A program made the position numbers and the translations under genes. The notes under the pieces are model-generated. The model did not search any database. It was given only the letters and a program-made list of their open reading frames with translations, and was not told the DNA's origin. From the NCBI GenBank assembly GCA_046498385.1, contig JAWOAU010000011.1:4315-68314 (forward strand): 64,000 nt of DNA, read 5' to 3'. How positions within the stretch are numbered: the first letter of the stretch is position 1; each line of letters begins with the position of its first letter. Of this stretch, positions 11,301-18,570 are shown piece after piece. This DNA is from Thermoplasmata archaeon (GTDB lineage: Archaea > Thermoplasmatota > Thermoplasmata > Halarchaeoplasmatales > Halarchaeoplasmataceae).

Positions 11301-11823
11301 TACCGCTGATGAATACTTCGCCATCCCACACGATGCCACCGTGGGTTATTATCAATACGGTCAGGCGGTCGACGGAGTTCTCCATCTCACTCCAGTCTTC
11401 ATAACTTAGCTTATCAGGTAGTTCGGTCACGTTTAACATAAGATTCCCTCCGATATCCCAGTATTGTTCATCCCTCCCGGTGATCTCGATTATCTCTTCG
11501 TCGTCGAACATGAAGCGGTGACTGCGAACCCTCTCGTCATAGGACACAATATGAAGACTGGATTCACGAATATTTATGGGATGTCCTCCTTTATGTTCGA
11601 TGGTTATGGTTCTGATCATCTCTTCATCCACCACCTCCCAACTAAAATTAGCTTCCATGGTCAGATAAGCGGTCCTTTCCGGCGATTCCAATCTTGTGAC
11701 AGCGGCAAAGATAGTGGAAAAGAGCACTACCGTTATAGATAAAACAAGGATGGTGCCTACCACTTCCGACACAGCACTTCCGTCTTTACTCAGTCTGCGT
11801 TTGCAAAAATCATTTCGTTTCAA
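5368..11823 (-). CDS. Giant type IV pilin-like surface protein/adhesin (~2,150 aa), paralog of the neighbouring gene, with vWA plus extra Ig/FN3-like modules
   Basis: Likely start is TTG 11823 (GGGGGT RBS, TTTATATA box upstream), not 11994. KRRLSKDGSA|VSEVVGTILVL class III signal; CARDB-like motifs (ATIENYGG, VVVDPYNRVEETTQENND); vWA VMVDTTGSMS...GGTPLWDA...ILFTDG. Confidence 0.85.
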   Translation of the reverse strand: MKRNDFCKRRLSKDGSAVSEVVGTILVLSITVVLFSTIFAAVTRLESPERTAYLTMEANFSWEVVDEEMIRTITIEHKGGHPINIRESSLHIVSYDERVRSHRFMFDDEEIIEITGRDEQYWDIGGNLMLNVTELPDKLSYEDWSEMENSVDRLTVLIITHGGIVWDGEVFISGILGERPYVKEAGVVYPQPWHVAVDAGEDVSLYANIEWDGGDLNDIKDNVMVDLGRIEGFQDGGAWGSNLYNMSRQGNRFVYPHSGSLTVPREQDNGTYLLRIYIHTGNEDISRELAVNGTMNNSVAWSRSEYITLNVGRAGVVGEEPDLRVNIQEFIPVNPTNRDSVTVRATIENYGGSSARMNISFYDRLPHEVYDELDYGENIGFIEHLHVAAGGGRDLQVTWQVNGSGEHEITVELHDIFSTGGSDASPDLNIDRSELFVSPIILLVDDTQETYGSDGRAMKGALDGLDQDYRYTNSPPLWDEGEFPLKEQDLVIWMTGRTRRDLGGDNIEMRRTLTEADRENLAKFIEEGGFLWLVGEGILNDAQENGWDGWLQDNLHAEIDIANADAPFKSLIYGIDTPFTEGQHYPATGTWKGGYIDAIDEGTLAMTDGDGGGGLGVSWEGGRNRTMFNSYMFRSVEPGSRLLMAGRVLEWLGNISQRHGNDLALIDQKFDGVYGPIHPMYQQEVNVTGTILNNGVENMTNVEVRLKVNGNYLRGEDYRKYVNITEGETKDVTFYWTAEPVGVHEILVVVDPYNRVEETTQENNDIRYTDVDYTVNVRFSVMLVNARVEGEDTPLQSTLEELGYAHNIYTYQDESIEDENGDPIDINETLKRYNTVYWDAGEVKEAISGDVLESIKEFLDKKEGTSFFLSGDNVLEHIREVDSGFIDDVMGISGNLGDIGNVTNAPHEIRGEIDDELGHGMEYSVDGEDGSHTTFVLNGGHGFAYTYHNDEKDALIGARNDYEDSKVIFLGMDLARLTGPVYLDDWYDDFQEDIDLDSLPVQTELTYMVTDHLGNVDERVELKISSVDISVEEQQPMLGRSYLLSATITNLGHSPSDALVRFKDGDSHIASESMYIPSGGSATAEVMWRPLFAGPVRPVRVLVDPRCTVDEIGDNTMGFNNHALIETPVYYFWDDMESGADNWETEATIMNVNGEHPLEYLSGEYDSVYTEIIDDWDNDMSEGINNTDEYAFSDPYSYHLKESVGGEISGGRLPIDMGVMVDTTGSMSGDKIEDAKIATKDLIDMFDENDRVALFNLDSYHKDDGSFLWEDFRYMTDDNKDFFKSRVDDFTASGGTPLWDASGYTLNHVIDNPRPTGIPDEDYVQATILFTDGDDEHFADDPPERGSNIYAPGCVRGVGPLDHTWGVDGGHEWGDDAFDYRDQGGSNNDVLRWDDGSVDWIELLYRRSSSRSTERLALVNAPMLTYTVALGTSPSAYLPSGDASYMSPFASEYPFTSEYQLIQIAKSTNGSYFYAPDSDQLGGIFQQIFSEVVQESAEAGNVTSIPDNDIAIYDTGTEYTSRNSWAQTTETRYMKTTTWDVNGLDTYRLESDGPGLDFDTVGDDIDSNVAVTWGIRVWARDEMGGTEEITTGTPVAQVSRSSNGEGIQSATWTPPYSSISTTDSIVVRVYDRFGSGAWNQRAEFTTEQLGAVSLRDNEWTVYYYTQRDGYWWTRTYSYFSWGDEDHNSRIEGFTHSDSAINPPDSPTNPNPTDGATSVSTTPSLSVYVSHPDDKAMDVAFFDASNDNLIGFDLDVPSGTRTPGVRWYGLEYEVEYSWYAIAFDGTMTNESATWSFTTVAEGEDPDDLDPGEPGEQNTNKTAITPSFSLQDYQQAGLVFRSKYRMVTGTNGGFVMVGVMADEDLDADWVDEHGYAWTYAIPTEGAYTSNLDMDVTRTDSFGNDINFAWSGTSGGGAFGWDRVQINVLRYVPEGYEDDVRIMFNYTQYGGGTGYGWYLDDVRMVVSRGDNDLTDSHRDVWRTEEVTGWDGNPTTAWRNAHPTDPDGDYLKSGIDNSLITTSIDLTNARNATLSAYFKFNFNIQSGAPPDGFRVEITTDGGRTWQAINLGVRTSWGVSGGGDGYQGTDIGHGWTSAESLARLETDLSDFRGEVIRIRFRMITTTGSYNHYDDPGEDAGFYVDNVIVSGSSIEEG

Positions 11824-11866
11824 TTTTGATACCCCCAAGGTAACACTACAGCAAGTCTTTCTAGAA

Positions 11867-11874
11867 TATATAAA
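11867..11874 (-). promoter_or_regulatory. TATA box for the pilin-like gene pair
   Basis: TTTATATA on the minus strand about 45 nt upstream of TTG 11823; a divergent TTTATAT at 11923 serves the + strand gene. Confidence 0.55.
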
Positions 11875-11962
11875 CGTTGTGTGGTAATCACCATTTTCAG
11901 ATGGTAATCGCACTCGACAACATTTATATCGTGTACCGCACCTAAACCCTCTTTGAAATAAC

Positions 11963-12937
11963 ATGAAAATAGGGGTCGTAGGTGTCGGGTCCATGGGTCA
12001 GAATCACGCCCGTGTCCTTGACCAGATAGGGTATCTTGCAGGTGTTATGGATTCTAAAAAAACCGCAGCCAAAGCCGCGGGTGAAAAACACAACGTACCG
12101 TGGTTCACCGATCTAAAGGGATTCCTGGAAACCGGTATGGACGGGGTAACGGTGGCTACACCTGCACGGACCCATGTGGACGTATGCGAAGAGATGATCA
12201 AAGAGGGGATACCGGTACTGGTGGAAAAGCCCATAGCGCTATCGCTCCCAAAGGCTGAAAGTCTGGTGAAACTGGCAGAGGAACAAAACGTTGTTCTGGC
12301 GGCGGGGATGATAGAAAGACACAACCCGGTGGTATCCTCCGCAAAAAAACTTCTCCAGGACGGAAACGTAGGTGACGTGATAACCATCAGCTCCAAGCGG
12401 GTGAGCTCCTTTCCCACTCGTGTAGCGGATATGGGTGTGATCCATGATCTCGCCATCCACGACGTGGACGTCATGCGCTACCTCATAGGAGAAGAACCGG
12501 AAAAGGTATTCGCCTTGGGCGGTCCCGCCAATCAAGGTAAATACGAGGACCACGCCAACATGATGCTGCACTTTCCAGGAGACATAACAGGCGTTTTGGA
12601 GGTCAACTGGCTCACACCTCATAAGGTGAGAAAACTCTCACTCACCTGTTCCAACGATTTCATCGAGATAGACTACATCGCCCAGTCCCTTGTGCTCACC
12701 TCTTCCAGGCTCATGGAATACGATACCAGCAATCTGTTCGACATACCTCTTGAGCACAACATACGCAAGTACACAGTTAAGCGTCAGGAACCGCTCATGA
12801 AGGAGATGGAGGATTTCGTCGGTGCCGTTAAAAAGAAGCACCCGCCCCTAGTTACCGGTAAGGACGGCTTGTTGAGCATGAAAGTGGTGGATGCCGCCAG
12901 ACGCTCCATGGTAGAGGGGAAGGAGGTCTACGTTTGA
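11963..12937 (+). CDS. Gfo/Idh/MocA oxidoreductase, WbpB/WlbA-like (UDP-GlcNAcA 3-dehydrogenase-like)
   Basis: GVGSMGQNH Rossmann motif, VEKPIA, ERHNP, DLAIHDVD; overlaps the acetyltransferase gene. Confidence 0.8.
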   Translation: MKIGVVGVGSMGQNHARVLDQIGYLAGVMDSKKTAAKAAGEKHNVPWFTDLKGFLETGMDGVTVATPARTHVDVCEEMIKEGIPVLVEKPIALSLPKAESLVKLAEEQNVVLAAGMIERHNPVVSSAKKLLQDGNVGDVITISSKRVSSFPTRVADMGVIHDLAIHDVDVMRYLIGEEPEKVFALGGPANQGKYEDHANMMLHFPGDITGVLEVNWLTPHKVRKLSLTCSNDFIEIDYIAQSLVLTSSRLMEYDTSNLFDIPLEHNIRKYTVKRQEPLMKEMEDFVGAVKKKHPPLVTGKDGLLSMKVVDAARRSMVEGKEVYV

Positions 12938-13515
12938 AAAAGATGGGGCCTATAATAAAGGGGGAAAACGTATACATCTCAGAGACCGCCATCCTGGGTC
13001 ATCCCGGTAAAAAAAACAAGGACCTTTTGATAACCGGAAGGTTCAACGGACTCCGACCGGTTAAAATAAAAGACGACGTACTGTTGAGAGATCACACCGT
13101 TGTCTACGAAGGCGTAAGCTTGGGAACAGGGGTGGAAACCGGCCACCGTGTACTGATAAGGGAGGATACCGATATAGGTGAACACACCGTCGTCGGCAGC
13201 GGTACTATAATCGAAGCGGGCTGCGAAATAGGAAAAAAAGTGTCCATCCAAAGCTCCGTATATCTAGCCAACGGGACAAAAGTATTGGACGATGCATTCC
13301 TTGGACCTATGGTCTGCTTGATCAACGATAAATACATGGACGGTAGAATCCAACCGTGTACCATCGGCGAAGACGCAAGGATCGGGGCGGGCTCCACCAT
13401 ATTTCCCGGTGTATCGGTAGGTAAAGGGGCGGTGGTAGGTGCCGACTCTCTGGTAACAAAGGACATACCTAACAACAAAAAAGCCTTTGGCAGACCTGCA
13501 AAGCTCCGGGGTTAG
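12934..13515 (+). CDS. Hexapeptide-repeat N-acetyltransferase, WbpD-like
   Basis: Left-handed beta-helix repeats, LINDKY, GAGSTIFPGVSVG...VTKDIP...GRPAK. Confidence 0.8.
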   Translation: MKKMGPIIKGENVYISETAILGHPGKKNKDLLITGRFNGLRPVKIKDDVLLRDHTVVYEGVSLGTGVETGHRVLIREDTDIGEHTVVGSGTIIEAGCEIGKKVSIQSSVYLANGTKVLDDAFLGPMVCLINDKYMDGRIQPCTIGEDARIGAGSTIFPGVSVGKGAVVGADSLVTKDIPNNKKAFGRPAKLRG

Positions 13516-13558
13516 AAAGGTTTATTTTTGCCACCTGCGTTATCGCCTTTGAGATAAA

Positions 13559-14044
13559 ATGACAGATGCACAGAAACTGCTGGAAGAAGGCGAACGGTTG
13601 CTAAATGAATTCGACTTCGAGGGCGCGTATAAAAAATTTGACAAGGCTCTAAAAACAGAAGAGAGTGCCGCCGCTTACTTTGGAAAAGCGGAGGCAGCCC
13701 TCGGCATGCCGGAAGTGGATGCGGAGAATATAATCCAGGACTACGAAAAGGCGATAGAGATACAGGACGACCCGTTTTATCGTCAGGCGGCTGCCTCTTT
13801 TTGTGTAGACGTGGGAAAGTTCGAAAAGGCTGAAAAGCACTATCGAAAGGCGGCGGAACTCGACCCAGATAACCGGGAGAACTACCTATCCGAGTTTGCG
13901 GTGGGGTATCGGTTCAAAGCGCCTATCATGATGCAGAAGTATCTAGCCCAGGGCGGAGAAGACGTGATACTTCGTAAGGCCTTGAACTATATGCTCGAGG
14001 CCATGGATATAGACCGGGGCAAGGCTCTGGAACTTCTTAAGTGA
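13559..14044 (+). CDS. TPR-repeat protein
   Basis: TPR-like helices (AYKKFDKAL, DYEKAIEI, HYRKAAELDP). Confidence 0.75.
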   Translation: MTDAQKLLEEGERLLNEFDFEGAYKKFDKALKTEESAAAYFGKAEAALGMPEVDAENIIQDYEKAIEIQDDPFYRQAAASFCVDVGKFEKAEKHYRKAAELDPDNRENYLSEFAVGYRFKAPIMMQKYLAQGGEDVILRKALNYMLEAMDIDRGKALELLK

Positions 14045-14090
14045 GCAAGCACAAAATATTTAAGAGTGCGCCTTGAATAGCTGTTTTAAC

Positions 14091-14393
14091 ATGTTCTGCG
14101 AAAAATGCAAATCACTGATGATACCGTCGAAGGGCCTTTGGCAATGTAAAAGATGTTCTCACGAGAAAAAGGTCAACAAGAACGACAAGCAGGTTATCAC
14201 TACCAAAAGAGAAGAACGTGAAACGGTCGTCATAGATCAGGAGGTAGATACTCTCCCCAAGACCAAGGCCCGCTGTGAAAAATGCGATAACAATGAAGCT
14301 TTCTGGCGTCTTCAGCAGACCCGGGCTGCGGACGAACCCGAAACGCGCATATACAGGTGTACCAAGTGTGGTCACACGTGGAGGGAGTATTGA
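14091..14393 (+). CDS. tfs: Transcription factor S
   Basis: Two Zn ribbons (MFCEKCKSLM...CKRC; CEKC...CTKC) and the catalytic QTRAADEPET acidic hairpin; start taken at ATG 14091. Confidence 0.93.
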   Translation: MFCEKCKSLMIPSKGLWQCKRCSHEKKVNKNDKQVITTKREERETVVIDQEVDTLPKTKARCEKCDNNEAFWRLQQTRAADEPETRIYRCTKCGHTWREY

Positions 14394-14394
14394 A

Positions 14395-15015
14395 TTGTTC
14401 GAGATCGGTAGGATAAGATTCAGACCCTTGGAAAAGGAAGATATATGCTTGATGGACCGCTGGGAGGACCACCATGTGGTCACCCTGTTCGCCAGAGGTA
14501 AAACCCTTGTGTTCAAGGCCAGAGAGGAGATCAAGAGGGAATACGAAGAGTATCTGGAAAACCGATCAAAAACAAGACTTATCGTCGAGCTTGTGGAAGA
14601 TTCTAAGGAAATAGGCATAGCGACTTACAAGGACAGGAACGGTGATGTGAGGTCCACCGATATAGGGTGCTATATAGGTGAACCCAGTTACTGGAACCAG
14701 GGACTAGGTAAGGAGATCGCCCTTGGGTTTTGCGAGATGCTCTTTTATCAACAGAAATACGATAGGTTGAGTGCCTGGAGCAGTTCGGTTAACACCAGGG
14801 CACACAGCGTTTTAGAGTCTGTCGGCTTCCAGCTCTCTGGAAGAGCCAGGAAAAGCGGCTACATGATGGGGAAAAAGATAGATTGGCTCATGTTCGATAT
14901 CCTGCGAGAAGAGTACATACCAAAAAGAAAAGAATACCTCAACAAGTACCTTACGGAAGCCCAGTTGGAGACATATTCTGAAGATTATTGTTCCCTAAAA
15001 TCTTACAAGCCTTGA
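14395..15015 (+). CDS. GNAT acetyltransferase, RimJ/RimL-like
   Basis: IRFRPLE, IGEPSYWNQGLGKE, NTRAHSVLESVGF; likely TTG start at 14395 after a GGAGGGAG RBS. Confidence 0.8.
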   Translation: MFEIGRIRFRPLEKEDICLMDRWEDHHVVTLFARGKTLVFKAREEIKREYEEYLENRSKTRLIVELVEDSKEIGIATYKDRNGDVRSTDIGCYIGEPSYWNQGLGKEIALGFCEMLFYQQKYDRLSAWSSSVNTRAHSVLESVGFQLSGRARKSGYMMGKKIDWLMFDILREEYIPKRKEYLNKYLTEAQLETYSEDYCSLKSYKP

Positions 15016-15052
15016 AAAAATTTATTTATCTAAGGTCATATACCGCTAACAG

Positions 15053-16189
15053 ATGGGAACTAAAGAGCTCACGTACAAGGAGAAGGTCCTTCTATATCTT
15101 AGGGATTACAAGTCTTTGGGTGAAAAGAAGGTTTATCCTAGGGGGATCACTCAAAAAGGTATAGCTGAAGCCGTGGGCATGCGCAGGACCCATGTTTCCA
15201 GGGTGATGAGGGACCTTATAGAAAACAAAGAAGTAGAAGAATATCTAGGACACGTTAAGGGCCGTTCCAGAAAACTAAAGGTTTACACCCTAAGACCGGA
15301 GGGTGTGGCGAGGGGTGACGAGATAATAAAAGAACTTGAAAGTGTGTATGTACAGGTTTCCAAAGAAGGGAGAACCTTCAAGTCCAAACTCACCGAACTT
15401 GAAGAACTTTCTGGAAAAAGACTGAGCCTTCTGGAATCCATCGAGCTGGTTGAAACCTCCGATCAACCTATAGACCTGGATGAATCCGGTTCAAAACGGT
15501 TTGTGACTGAACTTTCCAAGGCACCTGTTGTAGAAGAACTATACGGTAGAAATGAAGTTTTAACGATGATGGACGAATGGATGAAAAAAGATATCCCGGT
15601 TGCGGTTTTGGAGGGGCGAAGAGGTTCCGGCGCATCGTGTACCGCCCGCCGTTTTCTTGATTCGGTGGATGACAGACACCTGCTTTGGGTCGATGTGCAG
15701 GATGATGATGTGATAAAGAAGATAGATGATTTTTTTTTCACCGTCCATGATGATAAAAAAAAATTGTTTCAGGCATTAAAGGAAACTCCTGCATTGATCG
15801 TGATCGATGATTATTACAACGTAGAGGACGAACTTGTGGACTTTTTTGTGGAGATGGTTGATCGATTGGATAAAGAATACCAAACTAAAATACTGGTGAC
15901 TACCAGGGAAGGTCTACCGGTCTACGAACGGTTTTATCACCGAGAACATTTGAAGGAGGGAAAAGTGGACCAAATAAGCATACCCCCACTTAACGAAGAA
16001 GAGGCGGAGTTGATACTGGGCAAAGAGTTGGAATCCAGCGCCCTCCGACGTATAATGTTGATGACCAAGGGTTCGCCCCAGATACTCAAACACCTCCGGG
16101 ACGGCCGTATCGATAAGATAGAGGGGGAAAGTGCATTGGTCAGGGAGCAGGTTTCACTGCTTATGTTTCTAAAGGAACAGACCCGCTGA
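15053..16189 (+). CDS. Winged-HTH regulator fused to a degenerate STAND/AAA-like NTPase domain
   Basis: TQKGIAEAVGMRRTHVSR HTH; LYGRNEVL; Walker A-like GRRGSGAS lacking Lys; Walker B LIVIDDY; GSPQ (GxP motif). Confidence 0.7.
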   Translation: MGTKELTYKEKVLLYLRDYKSLGEKKVYPRGITQKGIAEAVGMRRTHVSRVMRDLIENKEVEEYLGHVKGRSRKLKVYTLRPEGVARGDEIIKELESVYVQVSKEGRTFKSKLTELEELSGKRLSLLESIELVETSDQPIDLDESGSKRFVTELSKAPVVEELYGRNEVLTMMDEWMKKDIPVAVLEGRRGSGASCTARRFLDSVDDRHLLWVDVQDDDVIKKIDDFFFTVHDDKKKLFQALKETPALIVIDDYYNVEDELVDFFVEMVDRLDKEYQTKILVTTREGLPVYERFYHREHLKEGKVDQISIPPLNEEEAELILGKELESSALRRIMLMTKGSPQILKHLRDGRIDKIEGESALVREQVSLLMFLKEQTR

Positions 16190-16242
16190 GGGCAAACCTT
16201 TTAATCGATTTCATGTTCTCTCCTGAAATCACAGCTAGATTT

Positions 16243-16327
16243 GCGGGGGTAGCTCAGCCTGGTAGGGCGATGGACTGCTAATCCATTGGTGCCTTGCACC
16301 CCGGGGGTTCAAATCCCCCTCCCCGCG
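16243..16327 (+). tRNA. tRNA-Ser(GCT)
   Basis: Acceptor GCGGGGG/TCCCCGC, anticodon arm ATGGA-CT-GCT-AA-TCCAT, long variable arm, GGTTCAAATCC T-loop. Confidence 0.95.
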
Positions 16328-16353
16328 CTAAATATCACCGGTTCGATGTGAAG

Positions 16354-18120
16354 TCAGTAATCTACCGTCCACTTTACGGCATAGTCTTCACCGTTATACA
16401 CCATGTAACCCTGTCCTGGCGAGAAGGTAAAGTTTCCCGCATCATAATCGTAAGATACGTTGTACTCACCATTCGTATCAAAATATCCTATTTTCGTCAC
16501 TTCTCCCGGGAGGCCGTGATTCCCTTCACTCTCACTAGGTACTCCAACCATGTTCCAGCCAGGATATAGGGCTATGTCGGTGCTGGTCGGTTCGATCCCT
16601 TCCATGGTAAGTAAGTCATCCTTGAGCATACGTATCCAGAAACCCATAGTGTATTCCAAGTTGTGTAGGCTGTTGAAATTCTCAGGCCTGTTCGGTGAGT
16701 AAACCAGCCAATCTTCGATAGAAGCATCGTAATACAACACCCGGTCGTAATTTCCTTCGATATCCGCTAAAAGATATGCAATAGACGTATCTTTCGGCGA
16801 TATGTTAAAAGAAATAAAGTTCCATCCTCCGCTTTCAGGAAAAGCATACAAATTTAGTTCGACGGATCTAACTACCGGCGTATCCTGCCACTGTAGAAGA
16901 GGATAAGTTACATTCTCTATTATGCACCAGATCTCTTGGAAATCCCATCCAACGTCGGTAAAAGTACTCTTGTTTTGCATCTCGGCGGTTATCTTTCTGG
17001 TAGCATTACCAGCGGTTTCTGTCTGATAACTGGTTTCGGAATCCCAGAAGTTGCCAACCATCTGGTAATCACCGTCTACCTTTCCGGCGAATCCATTTTC
17101 ATATGGATCGGACGCTCCATCGTAAAGCACACGTCCCGTGGAATAGCTGTTTGTGATATTCATGCCTTGGTTGAACCCTACAAACCCGCCGAAGCTCGTA
17201 GCATCACCCGATGTGCGAGTTACATTTCCTCTGGAATAAGAGTCAAAGACCGAACCGACGTTGAGTCCTACAAATCCACCGGAGTTGCTAACACCTATAA
17301 CCTCTCCCGTTGCATAACATTTGGACAAGGTTCCCTCCTCGTTCCAGCCTACGAATCCTCCGACGTCATCACCTGTACCGTCTACGTTCCCTGTAGCATA
17401 AGATCTAAGGACGGTGCCGCCCCAGTTGAATCCTACGAGACCACCTATATAGTGGTTTCCGCTAACCCCCCCAACGGCATAGGAGTCGGATATGCTACCA
17501 TCGTTTCTACCTGCAAGACCTCCGAGTCGGGAGCTTCCTTCGATGTTTGCCTCACTATGAGCGTTTGATATCACACCAGTACTTAGCCCTACGAGACCAC
17601 CGACCCAAAACCGTCCTACAATGTGTCCTGCGGTATAGGAATTGTTTATACTACCTCCTTCGTTTGAACCCACCAAACCCCCAACACCATTATCGCCTGT
17701 TATTTTCGCATCGATCATCCTGACCTCGTTTATCTCTGAATTGTCTGTACGACCAAATAGACCTATGTATCTCGAGTCCGGTCTGTTGATGTATAATCCG
17801 GTTATCTCATAGCCATTCCCATCTAATCTGCCGCTGAACTGATAGTCATAGTTCCCTACGGGTTCGAACCCTGCCCCATCGTTCCACTCCTTGGTCACAT
17901 TGGCATCTATATCGTTTGCCAGTGCATAGTGTGCACTCAAATTATTTCTCATCGCCTGCAAATCGTGAACATCGTATATCATATGTGGATCATCCAACGT
18001 ACCGCTTCCCTCACCAAACGTGTGCGATTCTATTTCTATACGGCGCAAATTTCCCACACCACCGGATGCTACTGCTAAAGTACAGACCACAAAAAACACA
18101 GCACAGACCTTTCCCATCAT
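16354..18120 (-). CDS. Secreted GLUG-repeat surface protein with a C-terminal GWN-type module
   Basis: Signal peptide, GSGTLDDPHMI...LANDIDA, multiple VGGLVG.N repeats, C-terminal GWNFISF/GWNMVG duplicated module. Confidence 0.85.
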   Translation of the reverse strand: MMGKVCAVFFVVCTLAVASGGVGNLRRIEIESHTFGEGSGTLDDPHMIYDVHDLQAMRNNLSAHYALANDIDANVTKEWNDGAGFEPVGNYDYQFSGRLDGNGYEITGLYINRPDSRYIGLFGRTDNSEINEVRMIDAKITGDNGVGGLVGSNEGGSINNSYTAGHIVGRFWVGGLVGLSTGVISNAHSEANIEGSSRLGGLAGRNDGSISDSYAVGGVSGNHYIGGLVGFNWGGTVLRSYATGNVDGTGDDVGGFVGWNEEGTLSKCYATGEVIGVSNSGGFVGLNVGSVFDSYSRGNVTRTSGDATSFGGFVGFNQGMNITNSYSTGRVLYDGASDPYENGFAGKVDGDYQMVGNFWDSETSYQTETAGNATRKITAEMQNKSTFTDVGWDFQEIWCIIENVTYPLLQWQDTPVVRSVELNLYAFPESGGWNFISFNISPKDTSIAYLLADIEGNYDRVLYYDASIEDWLVYSPNRPENFNSLHNLEYTMGFWIRMLKDDLLTMEGIEPTSTDIALYPGWNMVGVPSESEGNHGLPGEVTKIGYFDTNGEYNVSYDYDAGNFTFSPGQGYMVYNGEDYAVKWTVDY

Positions 18121-18286
18121 TTTTGATACCTCTTCATGACCTCATCTTAATGCCAGATTAAACAATTCGCATCTAGATACAAATAGTTTTTGTACACATA
18201 TCAAACACCTCCCTTATATAGATATAACGAGCTTTTAATAGCGTTCAAGAATTCGACTTGCTCTTTCATCTCCTCATCGCCTTCGG

Positions 18287-18397
18287 AAAATAAAAAGGTG
18301 CAGGGGGCTAGTGTCCCCCTTTACTTCGGAAGGCAACCGCCTTCCTTCAAATGCGTGGGAAGGGAATTTAACGCCAATTTGCATACAGCCTTCCCAC
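18287..18397 (-). ncRNA. Candidate structured RNA or tRNA-derived remnant downstream of tRNA-Leu
   Basis: Three tandem GC-rich hairpins followed by a U-tract; contains an 18/22 match to the tRNA-Leu 3' end. Confidence 0.4.
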
Positions 18398-18422
18398 TTT
18401 TATTTCATTATAAATAAAATAA

Positions 18423-18507
18423 TGCGAGGGAAGGGATTTGAACCCTTGGACCTCTATAGGACAGCGCCCTCAACGCTGCGCCGTTGGCCATGCTTGGCTA
18501 CCCTCGC
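18423..18507 (-). tRNA. tRNA-Leu(GAG)
   Basis: GCGAGGG/CCCTCGC acceptor, CAGCG-TT-GAG-GG-CGCTG anticodon arm, variable arm, GGTTCAAATCC. Confidence 0.95.
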
Positions 18508-18570
18508 TTTAAGAGTGAATTAGTATAGGGAGGAAAACAAAGTTTTCTGCGTTCTTTTGATTATTGAGAT

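Noticed and set aside
225..11887. Many 60-250-aa plus-strand ORFs over the pilin-like genes
   Set aside because: Antisense shadows of two long minus-strand CDSs with no recognisable motifs. The same applies to shadow ORFs elsewhere in the window.
11824..11994. N-terminal 57-aa extension of the 2,208-aa ORF
   Set aside because: It overlaps the divergent gene start and both TATA boxes; TTG 11823 has an RBS and gives a proper class III signal.
17150..17700. Periodic repeats in the GLUG gene as a possible CRISPR array
   Set aside because: Degenerate protein-coding repeats; there are no identical direct repeats with spacers and no cas genes.
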